This document shows, piece by piece, positions 9,938 to 19,592 of a DNA stretch of 64,000 bases (position 1 is the stretch's first letter; each line of letters opens with the position of its first letter). Source of the stretch: a virus. Where the stretch lies: positions 1 through 64,000 of IMG/VR virus record IMGVR_UViG_3300009130_001805; one strand, written 5' to 3'. The notes below the pieces were generated by a model. It saw only the letters and a program-made list of their open reading frames with translations, was not told the origin of the DNA and did no database searches. A program made the position numbers and the translations under genes.

Positions 9938-10685
9938 ACTCTAAATAGCTTTCGAAAGAAAAATCACTACTTGCTAAATGGTCTTGTTTTGGGGTGCTTA
10001 AGGTTCTTGATGAAGAAAAGCTTCTTCCACAAATGCATTTATAGGTTTGAAACGCTTCAAAGTCCGACCTATGTTTATAGTATATGCTCTTTGTGATTTC
10101 AGTATTCTTATTGTTGGATTTACAGTATGATAAGACTGCTTGCTCAACCATATTGTCAAAAGGCAAACAATTAGATTCTATAAAAAAAGTTGGATCTAGA
10201 TCTAAAAAAGGGAATGCGCAGGCGCTCCCTAGCATGGTCAAGTTGTTAAATATAAAGGAGTCATAAAATGGTACAGCAAGCTTGAGATTTTTAGAGTCCC
10301 ACATATCTATTAAATCTTTTTCGGCAATCGAGCCTTCTGTTTCACAAAAAGCGTGCGTATAAATTTTATTTAAAAGGGCGCAGCCTTCTGAGTTTTTCGC
10401 AAAAACTATTACTTTGTGTTCTGTGTTAAAGTCTTCGCCAATAAGATCTTTGTTAAAGCAAGATAATCTTAGTCCAAAGATTAGATCTTTGTTTATTGAT
10501 TCGCAAGATTTTACCGCCTCCATAAAACCGGTAAGCGAATCTTCTACTAATATAACTTTTGGGAGATTGTACTCTTCCGCTATATCAAATATGCTATCTG
10601 AGCCCTTTGGGGATTTATTTGAAGAGCTGTCTAGCGTAAGGATTGATTTTCCTATGGAGTAGTGAGATTTAAAAAGCGGTAGCAT
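9915..10685 (-). CDS. Stand-alone PHP domain of DNA polymerase III alpha
   Basis: FKSHYS...SIL, VILVED, IFGLRL and VIVFAKNSEG...L resemble DnaE PHP motifs; start placed at 10685, just after a sigma70 promoter. Confidence 0.78.
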   Translation of the reverse strand: MLPLFKSHYSIGKSILTLDSSSNKSPKGSDSIFDIAEEYNLPKVILVEDSLTGFMEAVKSCESINKDLIFGLRLSCFNKDLIGEDFNTEHKVIVFAKNSEGCALLNKIYTHAFCETEGSIAEKDLIDMWDSKNLKLAVPFYDSFIFNNLTMLGSACAFPFLDLDPTFFIESNCLPFDNMVEQAVLSYCKSNNKNTEITKSIYYKHRSDFEAFQTYKCICGRSFSSSRTLSTPKQDHLASSDFSFESYLEYEQSASN

Positions 10686-10693
10686 TACAGAAT

Positions 10694-10722
10694 ATACTAC
10701 CATAAAAATGGTTTGTTGTCAA
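10694..10722 (-). promoter_or_regulatory. Sigma70-type promoter TTGACA-N17-TAGTAT, ATG 8 nt downstream
   Basis: Read directly on the minus strand. Confidence 0.75.
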
Positions 10723-10725
10723 GCT

Positions 10726-11718
10726 TTACCGCTTCATTTCTATAAATTTTTGAGGCGTGCCACCTCTTGATATATAATCTTCTAACTCCGATAAGAATTG
10801 ATCTAAAATTAGACGGTCTTTCTTTGCAGGAGTAATTTCTCTATACTTTCTTATTGATGCTCCTGCAGCCAGTAAAAGTATGACCGCAAGAGGGTCAAAA
10901 ACGCATACTAAAATTAGTATTAAAATTCTTATTGTCCCTGCTAGTTCTACTTTAGTGCCTGATATATCTCCAACAAGCTCTGCTATATATTTTACTGGGC
11001 CAACTTCCGCTTCAATAATCTGTTTGTTTTTCAAGAGTTCTGTGCGCTTGACATTTAACTCTGACTGCTGTGACATTAATTGCTCTATTTCGCTGGATAT
11101 CTTTGAGAGTTTCTCGTCTTGGTCTTCTGATATTCTTACTGAAAGATAGGTTTGCCTGCTTAGTATTTGCTCCCTTTCTTCCTTTTGCCTTTCTCTTTCT
11201 TGCTCTACGTTTTTGCTCCTAGAAAAACCGCCTTTATCAAAAATTTCTTTAATTCTTAAGTCTAAATCTTTTACTCTCGAGGAAAGCGCCGCCATTTCGT
11301 TTACGTTTATATCTCTAGAGGATTCAGACATTCTTATAGAATCCTCTTTTCTTTTTATATTTAAATTTAAATTATTTAATTTAGTTTCAATTAAGTTGAT
11401 CTCCGATTCTTGTTGCATTACGGAGCTGTTGTGCTCAATATGAGATTTAGAAAGGAAACCAAATATACCCATACTTGTAACCGCAATTAAAATTATAACC
11501 GCAAGGGAGAGATAATACCTCATGCCTAGATTTAAATGCTTCCAGCCTTTGTGAACTAAACAGGCACATGCCAGCTTGCCCACCTCTAAGACGCAACCCA
11601 TTATAATTATAGGAAGAAATGCCCCGGGGAACATTGTCGTGAATCCTAGTATGCTGAAATATGCAGCAACAGAAGATATGCTAAGCGCAGAAGCGAGGGC
11701 GATATAAGATAAAACCAT
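10726..11718 (-). CDS. Membrane protein: three N-terminal TM helices, long coiled coil, C-terminal TM helix
   Basis: Hydrophobic N-terminus, heptad-rich middle, ILILILVCVFDPLAVILLLA. Confidence 0.65.
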   Translation of the reverse strand: MVLSYIALASALSISSVAAYFSILGFTTMFPGAFLPIIIMGCVLEVGKLACACLVHKGWKHLNLGMRYYLSLAVIILIAVTSMGIFGFLSKSHIEHNSSVMQQESEINLIETKLNNLNLNIKRKEDSIRMSESSRDINVNEMAALSSRVKDLDLRIKEIFDKGGFSRSKNVEQERERQKEEREQILSRQTYLSVRISEDQDEKLSKISSEIEQLMSQQSELNVKRTELLKNKQIIEAEVGPVKYIAELVGDISGTKVELAGTIRILILILVCVFDPLAVILLLAAGASIRKYREITPAKKDRLILDQFLSELEDYISRGGTPQKFIEMKR

Positions 11719-11731
11719 AAAGGTGAATACA

Positions 11732-12799
11732 CTATAAATGTCTAGGACATCCAGCGTACTCCCTTTTTTCTATGTGCTGATTATTTTCTAGCTTAACTTC
11801 TAAATCTAATTCATTATCCGCAGAGCTAAGTATGTTTCCTGAATCGTCTACAATAACAAAATAATCTTTCGCTTTTCTAAAGGGACATATGTAAGCCATT
11901 ACCACCTCTCCGTTTTCGTCTAAAACTGGCTCTCCTCTGCTTATTTTCGGCCCATCTTTTCCGCACATCAACTTGCCACCAAATGTTCCATCTTTAGGAT
12001 AGCCTCGATTTTCTTTGTGTTGATCAAATGCATAATTACTCATGGCAATTTCTTCCGTAAAGGACTCTAAATATTCCTGAATAGAAGACAGTTGTATTTC
12101 TAGCCCTTCTAATTCTTCGTCTGTCACGGTGTCTGCGCACATATAGCCCGACCCTTTTTCATTAAAAAGATCATTGGTTTGTAAGGGGTGCCTTAGAAAT
12201 AGAAATTCCATTTCTCTTTTTAAGAATTCTGGATAAAGGTATTTCACTGCAAGAACATATATTAGGCTCTGCATGTTGTCTGTTATTTCTTTGCCTTTAT
12301 ATACTTTTTTGTTGGTTTTAAAGTCTCTTATAATTGCCTTCGATTCTTTTTTGTAAAAGAACAACTTGTCTATAAACCCCCTTATATTATAACGCTTACC
12401 TTCTTGATCTACTCTTATTTCGAAATTTTCTTCAGATATAGATTGACTAGGTTTTGAATCGGTGTCTCCAAAGAAATCATATTTTAAGCCTTTTAATGTC
12501 ATCTCATTTATTTGGCCAAGGCATCCATCGTTATTTACTGACAGTTTTTTAGCGTGATAGATAACTAGTTTTTTTATTGGCTCAGAAGACCATATGCTAT
12601 CGTTTTTAAGAATATTGTTGTAGTGTTTTTTGTGACGAGGATTTCCTAAAATTTCAAAAATTAAATGGCATATCCATCCCATGCTCGCACCATCATTAGA
12701 AGAATCTGGAAGCTTGAGGTGGTACTTACACCAGTATGTCCAAGAACAATCTTTTGCAGTTTTTATTCTGCTGGCAGAAAGAAATAAATCTTTTTTCAT
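11732..12799 (-). CDS. PD-(D/E)XK exonuclease (RecB/AddB/Cas4-like)
   Basis: LSASRIKTAKDC..Y, RGFIDKL, IRDFKT, Q..IY, C-terminal Cys (MC, ICPF). Confidence 0.82.
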   Translation of the reverse strand: MKKDLFLSASRIKTAKDCSWTYWCKYHLKLPDSSNDGASMGWICHLIFEILGNPRHKKHYNNILKNDSIWSSEPIKKLVIYHAKKLSVNNDGCLGQINEMTLKGLKYDFFGDTDSKPSQSISEENFEIRVDQEGKRYNIRGFIDKLFFYKKESKAIIRDFKTNKKVYKGKEITDNMQSLIYVLAVKYLYPEFLKREMEFLFLRHPLQTNDLFNEKGSGYMCADTVTDEELEGLEIQLSSIQEYLESFTEEIAMSNYAFDQHKENRGYPKDGTFGGKLMCGKDGPKISRGEPVLDENGEVVMAYICPFRKAKDYFVIVDDSGNILSSADNELDLEVKLENNQHIEKREYAGCPRHL

Positions 12800-13887
12800 G
12801 AAAAAAACCTTTCTAGATCTTTATACTTTTGAATAACATCACTCTTGTTTTTGAATTTGCTTTTTAAGTTTGCTTTGAAGTATCTTAGGATATACTTTGC
12901 TTGTTCGTCTTGATCTCGATTGAGTAATCTTTCTTTCCAATCTTTAAAGTCTGAAGCGCTCATATCTCCGAAATCGTTTTTACCATTACAAGGCAAGCAT
13001 ATGACTATATCTTCATAGTTGAAGTAGTCTAATAATTTAAAATAATTTAAAATTGAGTGGTCATGACCCCTGTTATCACTAGAATTTTGATCATTATTTA
13101 GGGATATTATAATCTTATCTATATCTAGCGAGCAAAGTAAACATATTATAGAAGAAGAAATTGATAAGCCGAATGTTACTAAAACATTTTTATGCCCATT
13201 TTCATATAGGCTTAGCATATCTCCGATGCTTTCCACCAAAATGACTGAGCGTTCTTTTTGTATGGCTTCTTGCACTGGGTAATAGTCTTCTTGTGTTCGA
13301 GCATAATATGGGTATATCCACTTACTCTTCGTGCCCATATGTTTCCATTTTGCTTTTTTGTTGCCAGAGACATCTCTTCCGCTTACGCCATGAATCTTAC
13401 CATGCTTGTTGAAAATTGGAAACGTAAACCTGTTAGCCATGTCGCCTTTTGAATCTAGTCCGCAGCTAAAATTTGAAAGAGTGGCGCTTGATATACCTTT
13501 TGAGTTGTAGAACGAGTAATCTTTTTTAAGCCCATCTAAACAGCTGTCCGAGAAAATTTTCTCTACTGTTTTATTGTGTTGTGGCGACCTGCCGATAAGG
13601 CTTGATTGAGCATCATTAGATATAGAAATGTTATGAGACTTTATGAAATTGTCTATATCTTTTTTTTCAGAGGTTTCTAAGCTTAATTTTATTAACTCGT
13701 AGAAAGGAGAAAAGGTTGTGCTTTCTACGTAATCAATCCAGACCCCAGAGTCTTTGTAGATTTGTACTGCAGTCGGATTGTCTCCCCCTCTATAAGCGGC
13801 ATTGGCTTGCCAATAAGCCCCCGAATCAGAAAGATTGTAGCCTAAAGACTCTAGTGCGCCTTTAATGTTTAATGAAGAATTGTTCAT
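12796..13887 (-). CDS. DNA primase (DnaG-like TOPRIM)
   Basis: NRFTFPIFN..G.I.GVSGR, KWKH, VILVESIGD, ISLNND, KNDFGD; adjacent to DnaB. Confidence 0.82.
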   Translation of the reverse strand: MNNSSLNIKGALESLGYNLSDSGAYWQANAAYRGGDNPTAVQIYKDSGVWIDYVESTTFSPFYELIKLSLETSEKKDIDNFIKSHNISISNDAQSSLIGRSPQHNKTVEKIFSDSCLDGLKKDYSFYNSKGISSATLSNFSCGLDSKGDMANRFTFPIFNKHGKIHGVSGRDVSGNKKAKWKHMGTKSKWIYPYYARTQEDYYPVQEAIQKERSVILVESIGDMLSLYENGHKNVLVTFGLSISSSIICLLCSLDIDKIIISLNNDQNSSDNRGHDHSILNYFKLLDYFNYEDIVICLPCNGKNDFGDMSASDFKDWKERLLNRDQDEQAKYILRYFKANLKSKFKNKSDVIQKYKDLERFFS

Positions 13888-15419
13888 ATACCTTCTGGGA
13901 GTCCAAGATTGTCTTCTGCGCCGCCTTGCGCTGGCTCAACAGTGTCAGTCCTATCGGAATTTATAAAATCTACTAAATCCCCTTTTTCAATAACAGAAAA
14001 TCCATTAATCTCTAAGTTAATTTCATTTCTTCTTTGCCTGTTATTTGGCATTAATACTCTTTCTGTTGCTCTTGAAGCGTTTTTGCCTAAGAATCTATTT
14101 TTAAGTGGTTTTAATTTGTGTGTTCCAAAATCACTCTCCCTTTCCATTTCGTCTAGAGTTTTTTCTCTAAGAAGGAACATGTGTGAGCATTGCTGGGTAA
14201 TCATGTCTGACAATCCAACTTGGCCTGTATCATCATCTAGGTCAGCACTATTTCTGTTGCCCACTATACCCCCTCTATTTGCTTGAACGCTGGTTATCAT
14301 GGGGATTATAGGTTCTCCATGATGAAGTAGCTCTGCCTGAATAAATGTTTTATATTTTTGAATCATGGTTCCGACTTCCTGCCATTGAGAATTAGAACCT
14401 CTGCCCTCTATTGGGGATTTTATATAATCATAGCTAAAGATCATTGGGTTTCCCCTGCCAACCTCAGCATAATAAAATTTTTGGAGTAAATTAAGCTGCT
14501 CTTCAGTTGTATGGTTTGCTACATTATAATAGAAAAATTTCATTTTTTCTAGTTTTGGCCACCATCTTCTGACTGATTTTTGGACTTCTTCACTAGACAT
14601 ACCTCCATACTCTATGCTTCTCCATTTGCCTGTTTCAAAGTAATAAGGTGGTATTCCTGTTAATGCGGACATCTGTCTGAACATTAAGTCTCTTTTGCTC
14701 ATTTCCCCGTTGTCAAAATGAAGAATGGGGATATCGTTATATTGAGCTGAAACTTTTGTACAAAAATCCATGCAAAATTTTGTTTTACCAACCCCGCTTC
14801 TAGCCACTATAACGGTAATGTCTCCGGGCCTAAGTAGAGATCCGAAAAGCTCATGAAGCCTTTTGTGTGGGCCGACATAACCAATCTCACCAACAGGGTT
14901 GTTGCCTAGATCTTCTATCAAATCTTTGATGTCTTCGTATATATTCTCGGGGCCAGAATTGCCTTCTATATAAGAAATTTGGTTATTGTGCGCTTTATCT
15001 GCGACCGCTATGATCTCTTCTATACTGCAGTTTTTAAGAGATTTCATTTGCTCCGCAGTATTTAGCGAGCTATTATAGTACTGCCTTCTTACGGTAAATG
15101 TTTTTAGATCTTTAGCATACTGATCTATTAGCGATTCGTTGACTTGGCTATCATAGAGATTGCTTACAAAATCATAGGCATCCATTTTTTCATCCAAAAA
15201 ACAGATGCTCTCTTCTTCTAATTTGGCTGTTAGTGTCGTTGCATCTAGTCTTTCACCTTTTTCTATAGACTGCTTAAGATGGTAGAATATTTTTTTGAGG
15301 GAAGATGATGTAAAATCTTCATCTCCAATAAACCTTGCTAGGTCGTAATATTTGTCGGGGAACTTGAGTAGGCCAGCTAAAAGTTGACGCTCAAGTTTTG
15401 GTTTATGTATTAAAGCCAT
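13884..15419 (-). CDS. dnaB: Replicative DNA helicase, DnaB-like
   Basis: LERQLLAGLL N-terminus, ARSGVGKT Walker A, GEM, YDYI, QANR, KNR. Confidence 0.88.
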   Translation of the reverse strand: MALIHKPKLERQLLAGLLKFPDKYYDLARFIGDEDFTSSSLKKIFYHLKQSIEKGERLDATTLTAKLEEESICFLDEKMDAYDFVSNLYDSQVNESLIDQYAKDLKTFTVRRQYYNSSLNTAEQMKSLKNCSIEEIIAVADKAHNNQISYIEGNSGPENIYEDIKDLIEDLGNNPVGEIGYVGPHKRLHELFGSLLRPGDITVIVARSGVGKTKFCMDFCTKVSAQYNDIPILHFDNGEMSKRDLMFRQMSALTGIPPYYFETGKWRSIEYGGMSSEEVQKSVRRWWPKLEKMKFFYYNVANHTTEEQLNLLQKFYYAEVGRGNPMIFSYDYIKSPIEGRGSNSQWQEVGTMIQKYKTFIQAELLHHGEPIIPMITSVQANRGGIVGNRNSADLDDDTGQVGLSDMITQQCSHMFLLREKTLDEMERESDFGTHKLKPLKNRFLGKNASRATERVLMPNNRQRRNEINLEINGFSVIEKGDLVDFINSDRTDTVEPAQGGAEDNLGLPEGI

Positions 15420-15425
15420 AAAACA

Positions 15426-15454
15426 ATGTTATCACAGACTGACAATTTTGTCAA
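15426..15454 (-). promoter_or_regulatory. Sigma70-type promoter TTGACA-N17-TAACAT, ATG 6 nt downstream
   Basis: Read directly on the minus strand. Confidence 0.75.
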
Positions 15455-15744
15455 TTTAAATCGTCGTCAAAGTCGGAAAGATCGTCAAAACCTGTTGATG
15501 GGCCTAGTGGTCCTCCTTCTGACTCCTCTGCTTGAATTAGATATTTTTCTAGGGCTTTCCTTAGCCCCATTTCGGTAATTTGAGTATTAAATCTAGATAA
15601 AACTAATGGTTGACCATGTTGGTCTACGCAAGCAAGAATAAAACCTCTAGAAGAATCGTCTGCCCCAGTAAACTCTATAAGTTGGTCTAAAAAGCTCCGG
15701 GGGATATTGAAGTCTTCGAATTCGTCTGGATTAATATCTGACAT
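15451..15744 (-). CDS. Hypothetical acidic protein
   Basis: ORF fills the operon; preceded by a GTGTAA motif. Confidence 0.6.
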   Translation of the reverse strand: MSDINPDEFEDFNIPRSFLDQLIEFTGADDSSRGFILACVDQHGQPLVLSRFNTQITEMGLRKALEKYLIQAEESEGGPLGPSTGFDDLSDFDDDLN

Positions 15745-15769
15745 TAATAGTAGTTACACTAAATAAAAT

Positions 15770-16174
15770 TTAAATTTCTAAACCTTGAGATAGAGAGGCT
15801 GCTACATCTTCGCCATACTCGCATTCAATTAATTTTATTTCATTTATTTTACAAAAGAACCTCTTGCTTTGATCTCTTTTTACTTGGTCTAAAAATTTCA
15901 TCCTACTTTTGTTGTGAAAAAATTTATGGAATTTTGAATGTTGTGGTCCATTTGCTTCTACCGCAAGGGAACGGGTATGGTTGTAAAAGTCAAACCTTAA
16001 TTTAGATCCAACTAAAGGAAATTCTTCATAAACTAAATCATTCTTCCAAATTCTTTGAAGATTTTGTTTAACCTCTGTCTGAAATTTACTTCTGCTAGGC
16101 TCATCCCATTTTATTGAATACTTGGATGCGTTTTTTACTGAAGCGCATTTGCCTGTAGTAGTTTTAAAATTCAC
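15770..16174 (-). CDS. Small PD-(D/E)XK endonuclease (DUF559/Vsr-like)
   Basis: EEFP....LRFDFY....AVEANGPQH, RDQSK...C...IKLI. Confidence 0.7.
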   Translation of the reverse strand: MNFKTTTGKCASVKNASKYSIKWDEPSRSKFQTEVKQNLQRIWKNDLVYEEFPLVGSKLRFDFYNHTRSLAVEANGPQHSKFHKFFHNKSRMKFLDQVKRDQSKRFFCKINEIKLIECEYGEDVAASLSQGLEI

Positions 16175-17298
16175 TCTTTTTCTTTTATGATAATCTCTTT
16201 AAAATAAGAGGTTAAGAAGTTTGCTAGGCCTGAGTTTTCTTCTAAAAATAAATTAAGCTTTGACTCTCCTTGGATTTTATCTGGGCAATCAAAGCCATTG
16301 TCTTTAAGGAGATTAATAAAGTCTTCGTCAAAGCTAATCCACGCGCCTTTTTGGGAGATGAACTCCCATGCGATAAGCATGTCTATTAATTCTCTTTCAA
16401 CCCAAACTGACTTTCCTCCGGTCCTGCCATACCTTACTGGATATTCTATAGTATAGTTAGTTTTTTCGTTCGGAGATTTTTTTACGGTAACCTTTACATT
16501 ATGACCTAGGATTGGATTTTTTTGAGGGTCTATTGGTTGATTAGGCAGGGATAGTATTAAATCTTTTTTAAATCTAGGCTCAAATTCCAGAATAAAATTA
16601 GCAAAGTGAAGTAGTGCATTCCCCCCTGTGGCAGTAGTTTGCCTTATTGGGGCTTTGCTGTAAGGGTCAAGTTTTATGTCTGCGCGAACTTGAGATATAA
16701 ATATTGCCATGTGGCCTCTTTTAGCTAAGGCAATGCTCATTTTTTGCATAAACTTTGCACCCAAAAGAGCGCCTCCCGCTACTTTATGCGCATCGTCAAA
16801 AGATTTATTGAGATCATCCTTCATAATTAATCCATCAATAGAATCTAAGATAAAACAATACCTTACATTTTCTGGATTATCCATTATTAGTGTGCGCATT
16901 ATGTCTAAAACAACCTCGAATATATTACTCTCAAAAATAAAACATGATCCTGAGTCCCACTCTTCATCGCTAGAACAAAAGTTTATTCCAGACCTAGTTT
17001 TCATTTCCTTGCTTAACCGACCTTCTGCGGTAATATAAAGACCTCTAGAATTGGGCTGCTTTAGGAAATTTTTCATAACCTCTAGAGATTCCGAAGATTT
17101 GCCTCCTTCATTCATGCCGACAAATCTATGTAGGCCGGGGCCGAAGCCCCCGTTGAGTTCGAAATCCATTTTTAAACTTCCGCTGGAAATTTTATAACTT
17201 ATTTCTTCTTCAAAATTATAATGGTGTTCTTTATTTTGCTTTAAAAATCCTTTGAGCACCGATTTAGTAGACTGTTCTTCTTTTAATTTTGTAGCCAT
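16171..17298 (-). CDS. recA: RecA/UvsX-like recombinase
   Basis: KISSGSLKMD..L.GG, variant Walker A GMNEGGKS, ILDSI, FISQVR, TGGNALLHFA, I.QKGAWISF. Confidence 0.85.
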   Translation of the reverse strand: MATKLKEEQSTKSVLKGFLKQNKEHHYNFEEEISYKISSGSLKMDFELNGGFGPGLHRFVGMNEGGKSSESLEVMKNFLKQPNSRGLYITAEGRLSKEMKTRSGINFCSSDEEWDSGSCFIFESNIFEVVLDIMRTLIMDNPENVRYCFILDSIDGLIMKDDLNKSFDDAHKVAGGALLGAKFMQKMSIALAKRGHMAIFISQVRADIKLDPYSKAPIRQTTATGGNALLHFANFILEFEPRFKKDLILSLPNQPIDPQKNPILGHNVKVTVKKSPNEKTNYTIEYPVRYGRTGGKSVWVERELIDMLIAWEFISQKGAWISFDEDFINLLKDNGFDCPDKIQGESKLNLFLEENSGLANFLTSYFKEIIIKEKE

Positions 17299-17687
17299 TC
17301 TCTTATGTTTTTTGGTTTCTTTATTATATCATAATCCCTACCGCTTTTTCCAATTTCTTTCGCTTCTTTTTTCTTTGGGGGCTGATAGTTGTATTCCGTA
17401 TACATTTTTTTTACCTCCTGATCCCCTTCTTGAGTAAAGAAGTGAGCCAAGCTTCTAACCTTATAGTCAAATTCTATTTTGCTCCAAAATTTTTGATTAG
17501 GATACTTCTTGACTAAGTTAACAAGCATTCCCGCTTCTTTCTTCATTTCAGTGGGGTTTTTCTCCTTGGGGTTTAGTAGGAGAGAGTACAAAACTTTTCC
17601 GACGTTAAAAGTTAACTTTTTGTTTTTGTTATTTTTTTTAGGGCAAGGAACTTCGGAAAGGAATGAGAACTCATCTTGGTCACTCAT
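17283..17687 (-). CDS. Hypothetical protein
   Basis: ORF overlapping its neighbours within the operon. Confidence 0.55.
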   Translation of the reverse strand: MSDQDEFSFLSEVPCPKKNNKNKKLTFNVGKVLYSLLLNPKEKNPTEMKKEAGMLVNLVKKYPNQKFWSKIEFDYKVRSLAHFFTQEGDQEVKKMYTEYNYQPPKKKEAKEIGKSGRDYDIIKKPKNIREWLQN

Positions 17688-17961
17688 ATGGTGATTTTAA
17701 ATCTTTAGATTTATAGTAGTCCGTCATTAGCATTTTGAATTTAGAACTAGCTATTTGTAGTCTAATTTGCTCTCTCCTTCTATATTGATCTTTATTATCG
17801 TAGGAAGCTGCAATTTGTCTTTGGAGGTGGCCAAGGATGACTGTGCAAGCATAAAGGCGCGCTTCTTTTTCATTATCACTTATTTCAGATAAATTCTTTA
17901 AAGCCTCTATATACAAGCCTTTATCGTTTTTTTCTGTACCCAAATCTTTTGTTTCACTCAT
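17680..17961 (-). CDS. Hypothetical protein
   Basis: ORF in the operon. Confidence 0.55.
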   Translation of the reverse strand: MSETKDLGTEKNDKGLYIEALKNLSEISDNEKEARLYACTVILGHLQRQIAASYDNKDQYRRREQIRLQIASSKFKMLMTDYYKSKDLKSPYE

Positions 17962-17962
17962 T

Positions 17963-18460
17963 TTATTCTTTTAACTTTAACTCCATTTCCTCTACGGACA
18001 TACCAAATACATCAGACGGGTTGAGTTTTTTCTCTTTAACTAAGCGAATTCCTAAATCTAGCTCTTTGGTTTTTTCTTTTTTAGCCTCCCCTTCTGGAAG
18101 CATATCCACCATGCTTTTTAGTTTATCGATTTCATAATCAATTCTTTCTTCATCACTCATGCTTGATATGCGAGCTTCTTCTTCAAGCTTTTGCTTAAGT
18201 TTTTCTTTGAAGTTGTCTATAAAGTTATAGACGTCTCCCATGTCCTTGACTACCATGAAGTCGTTGATATCAAAGTCGAAAGTTTGACCTAACGTTGCCT
18301 CTAGGGATATTACTATCTCTACTAAATCTAGGGAATCTAGGCCTAAATCTTCTATGAAATCTGTTTTTTCGTTTATTGAGTCTGGATCTACTTCTAGGCC
18401 GCGTTCCTTGCACTGCTTAGAAATAATTTCATGAAGAAGTCTTTTTTCTTTTTTTGTCAT
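17963..18460 (-). CDS. Acyl carrier protein domain with C-terminal charged/coiled-coil extension
   Basis: FIEDLGLDSLDLVEIVISLE phosphopantetheine attachment motif, MGDVYNFI helix IV. Confidence 0.82.
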   Translation of the reverse strand: MTKKEKRLLHEIISKQCKERGLEVDPDSINEKTDFIEDLGLDSLDLVEIVISLEATLGQTFDFDINDFMVVKDMGDVYNFIDNFKEKLKQKLEEEARISSMSDEERIDYEIDKLKSMVDMLPEGEAKKEKTKELDLGIRLVKEKKLNPSDVFGMSVEEMELKLKE

Positions 18461-18466
18461 TGACCT

Positions 18467-18495
18467 ATATTAGCACAAGATGAAAATCTTGTCAA
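18467..18495 (-). promoter_or_regulatory. Sigma70-type promoter TTGACA-N17-TAATAT (extended -10 TG), ATG 6 nt downstream
   Basis: Read directly on the minus strand. Confidence 0.8.
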
Positions 18496-18503
18496 GCTTT
18501 TAA

Positions 18504-19511
18504 TTACAAAAGAGTTTTAAAGCTTTGGTCTGATAAGTTGTGAGAGCTGTGCAAGGGTATAGCCCATTTTTTCGAAAGGTAAGATTCTATCTCGTCTTTT
18601 TTTGAGTCATCTCCATGAATGACGCACTCAGCAAATTCTCCTGCGGGGAATTGGGTTGAGTTTCTATTTGCAAATATTCTTAAGTTAAATGTATCGGAGA
18701 TATTGTGAGAGTAGGGGGTTGTGGAACTATATTCTCCATCTACAGAGAGAGAAAGCTGTTGGAGAGTCGGATCTAAAAAGGCGCCAAAAATGTGAAAGCC
18801 TCCAAGGTGGTCAGTTGTTCCAAAATCAAGAGTTGATGATCCAGATCCAGATCCGGTTAAATTGGCGCCAGCGAACCTGTGTAGAAATTTACCTGAAGCT
18901 TTCGCGGCAAATTGAAAGTGTGTTCCTGAGCCTCCCTGCCCTATGGAGAATATGGAATCACCTCCGTTGTTGATGGCTGTAACTTTCGCTACAACATAAA
19001 TCAAGTATCTTGCGGAGCTGTTAGGAAAACCTGTATTCGAGATATTAGCTTCAAAATAATCTCCTTCTTGAATTACTGCGGTGGTGTGATTATTGTGAGA
19101 GGATGTATTTGCAAAACTGTTTGCGCTACTTTCAAAAGACACGTCGTTGTTATTTCCGCTTTGGTCGTTGAGTTCGATAACTTTTTTTAGGGTTGGATCT
19201 AGTTTGGTATCGTTTAGGTTAACCCAAAAATTCAAAGGGGAGACTGAATTTTTATGTCTATTGATGCTTAAGTTAAATGGGGTTGGCCTAAATCCAGCAT
19301 CAAAATCATCTTTAATTTCTGCAGCCAAGTCTAGATTGTACAACTTTCTGAAAAGCTCTCTGCCAGTGTGGTTTTGAAAATAAGTCTCCTTCTCCTCGCC
19401 ACCCGAAGCGAGTATGTTTTTAATTTCGCTTTTAATTGTGGCGAGCTTGGATTGCATCTCTGGTTTATCTCTTATGGTGTGAATTTCTTTATTTAACTCC
19501 TGCAAGCTCAT
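18504..19511 (-). CDS. LamG/concanavalin-A-like domain protein
   Basis: W.....D, L.DQSGNNND, LSVDG, GEFAECVIH, IESYLSKKW pattern typical of phage LamG-like domains. Confidence 0.65.
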   Translation of the reverse strand: MSLQELNKEIHTIRDKPEMQSKLATIKSEIKNILASGGEEKETYFQNHTGRELFRKLYNLDLAAEIKDDFDAGFRPTPFNLSINRHKNSVSPLNFWVNLNDTKLDPTLKKVIELNDQSGNNNDVSFESSANSFANTSSHNNHTTAVIQEGDYFEANISNTGFPNSSARYLIYVVAKVTAINNGGDSIFSIGQGGSGTHFQFAAKASGKFLHRFAGANLTGSGSGSSTLDFGTTDHLGGFHIFGAFLDPTLQQLSLSVDGEYSSTTPYSHNISDTFNLRIFANRNSTQFPAGEFAECVIHGDDSKKDEIESYLSKKWAIPLHSSHNLSDQSFKTLL

Positions 19512-19532
19512 GACTTAGTTTATTCCTGTTTA

Positions 19533-19575
19533 ATTTAAAAGGCGGGGAGAGGGACATCCCATTCCTCCCCGCCTT
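19533..19575 (-). terminator. Rho-independent terminator after hsp20
   Basis: Minus strand AAGGCGGGGAG...CTCCCCGCCTT stem followed by TTAAATT. Confidence 0.75.
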
Positions 19576-19592
19576 AGTTTTATATGTAGTTA

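Noticed and set aside
11732-12799. cas4 of a CRISPR system
   Set aside because: No array or other cas genes; it sits in the replication operon like a typical phage recombination exonuclease.
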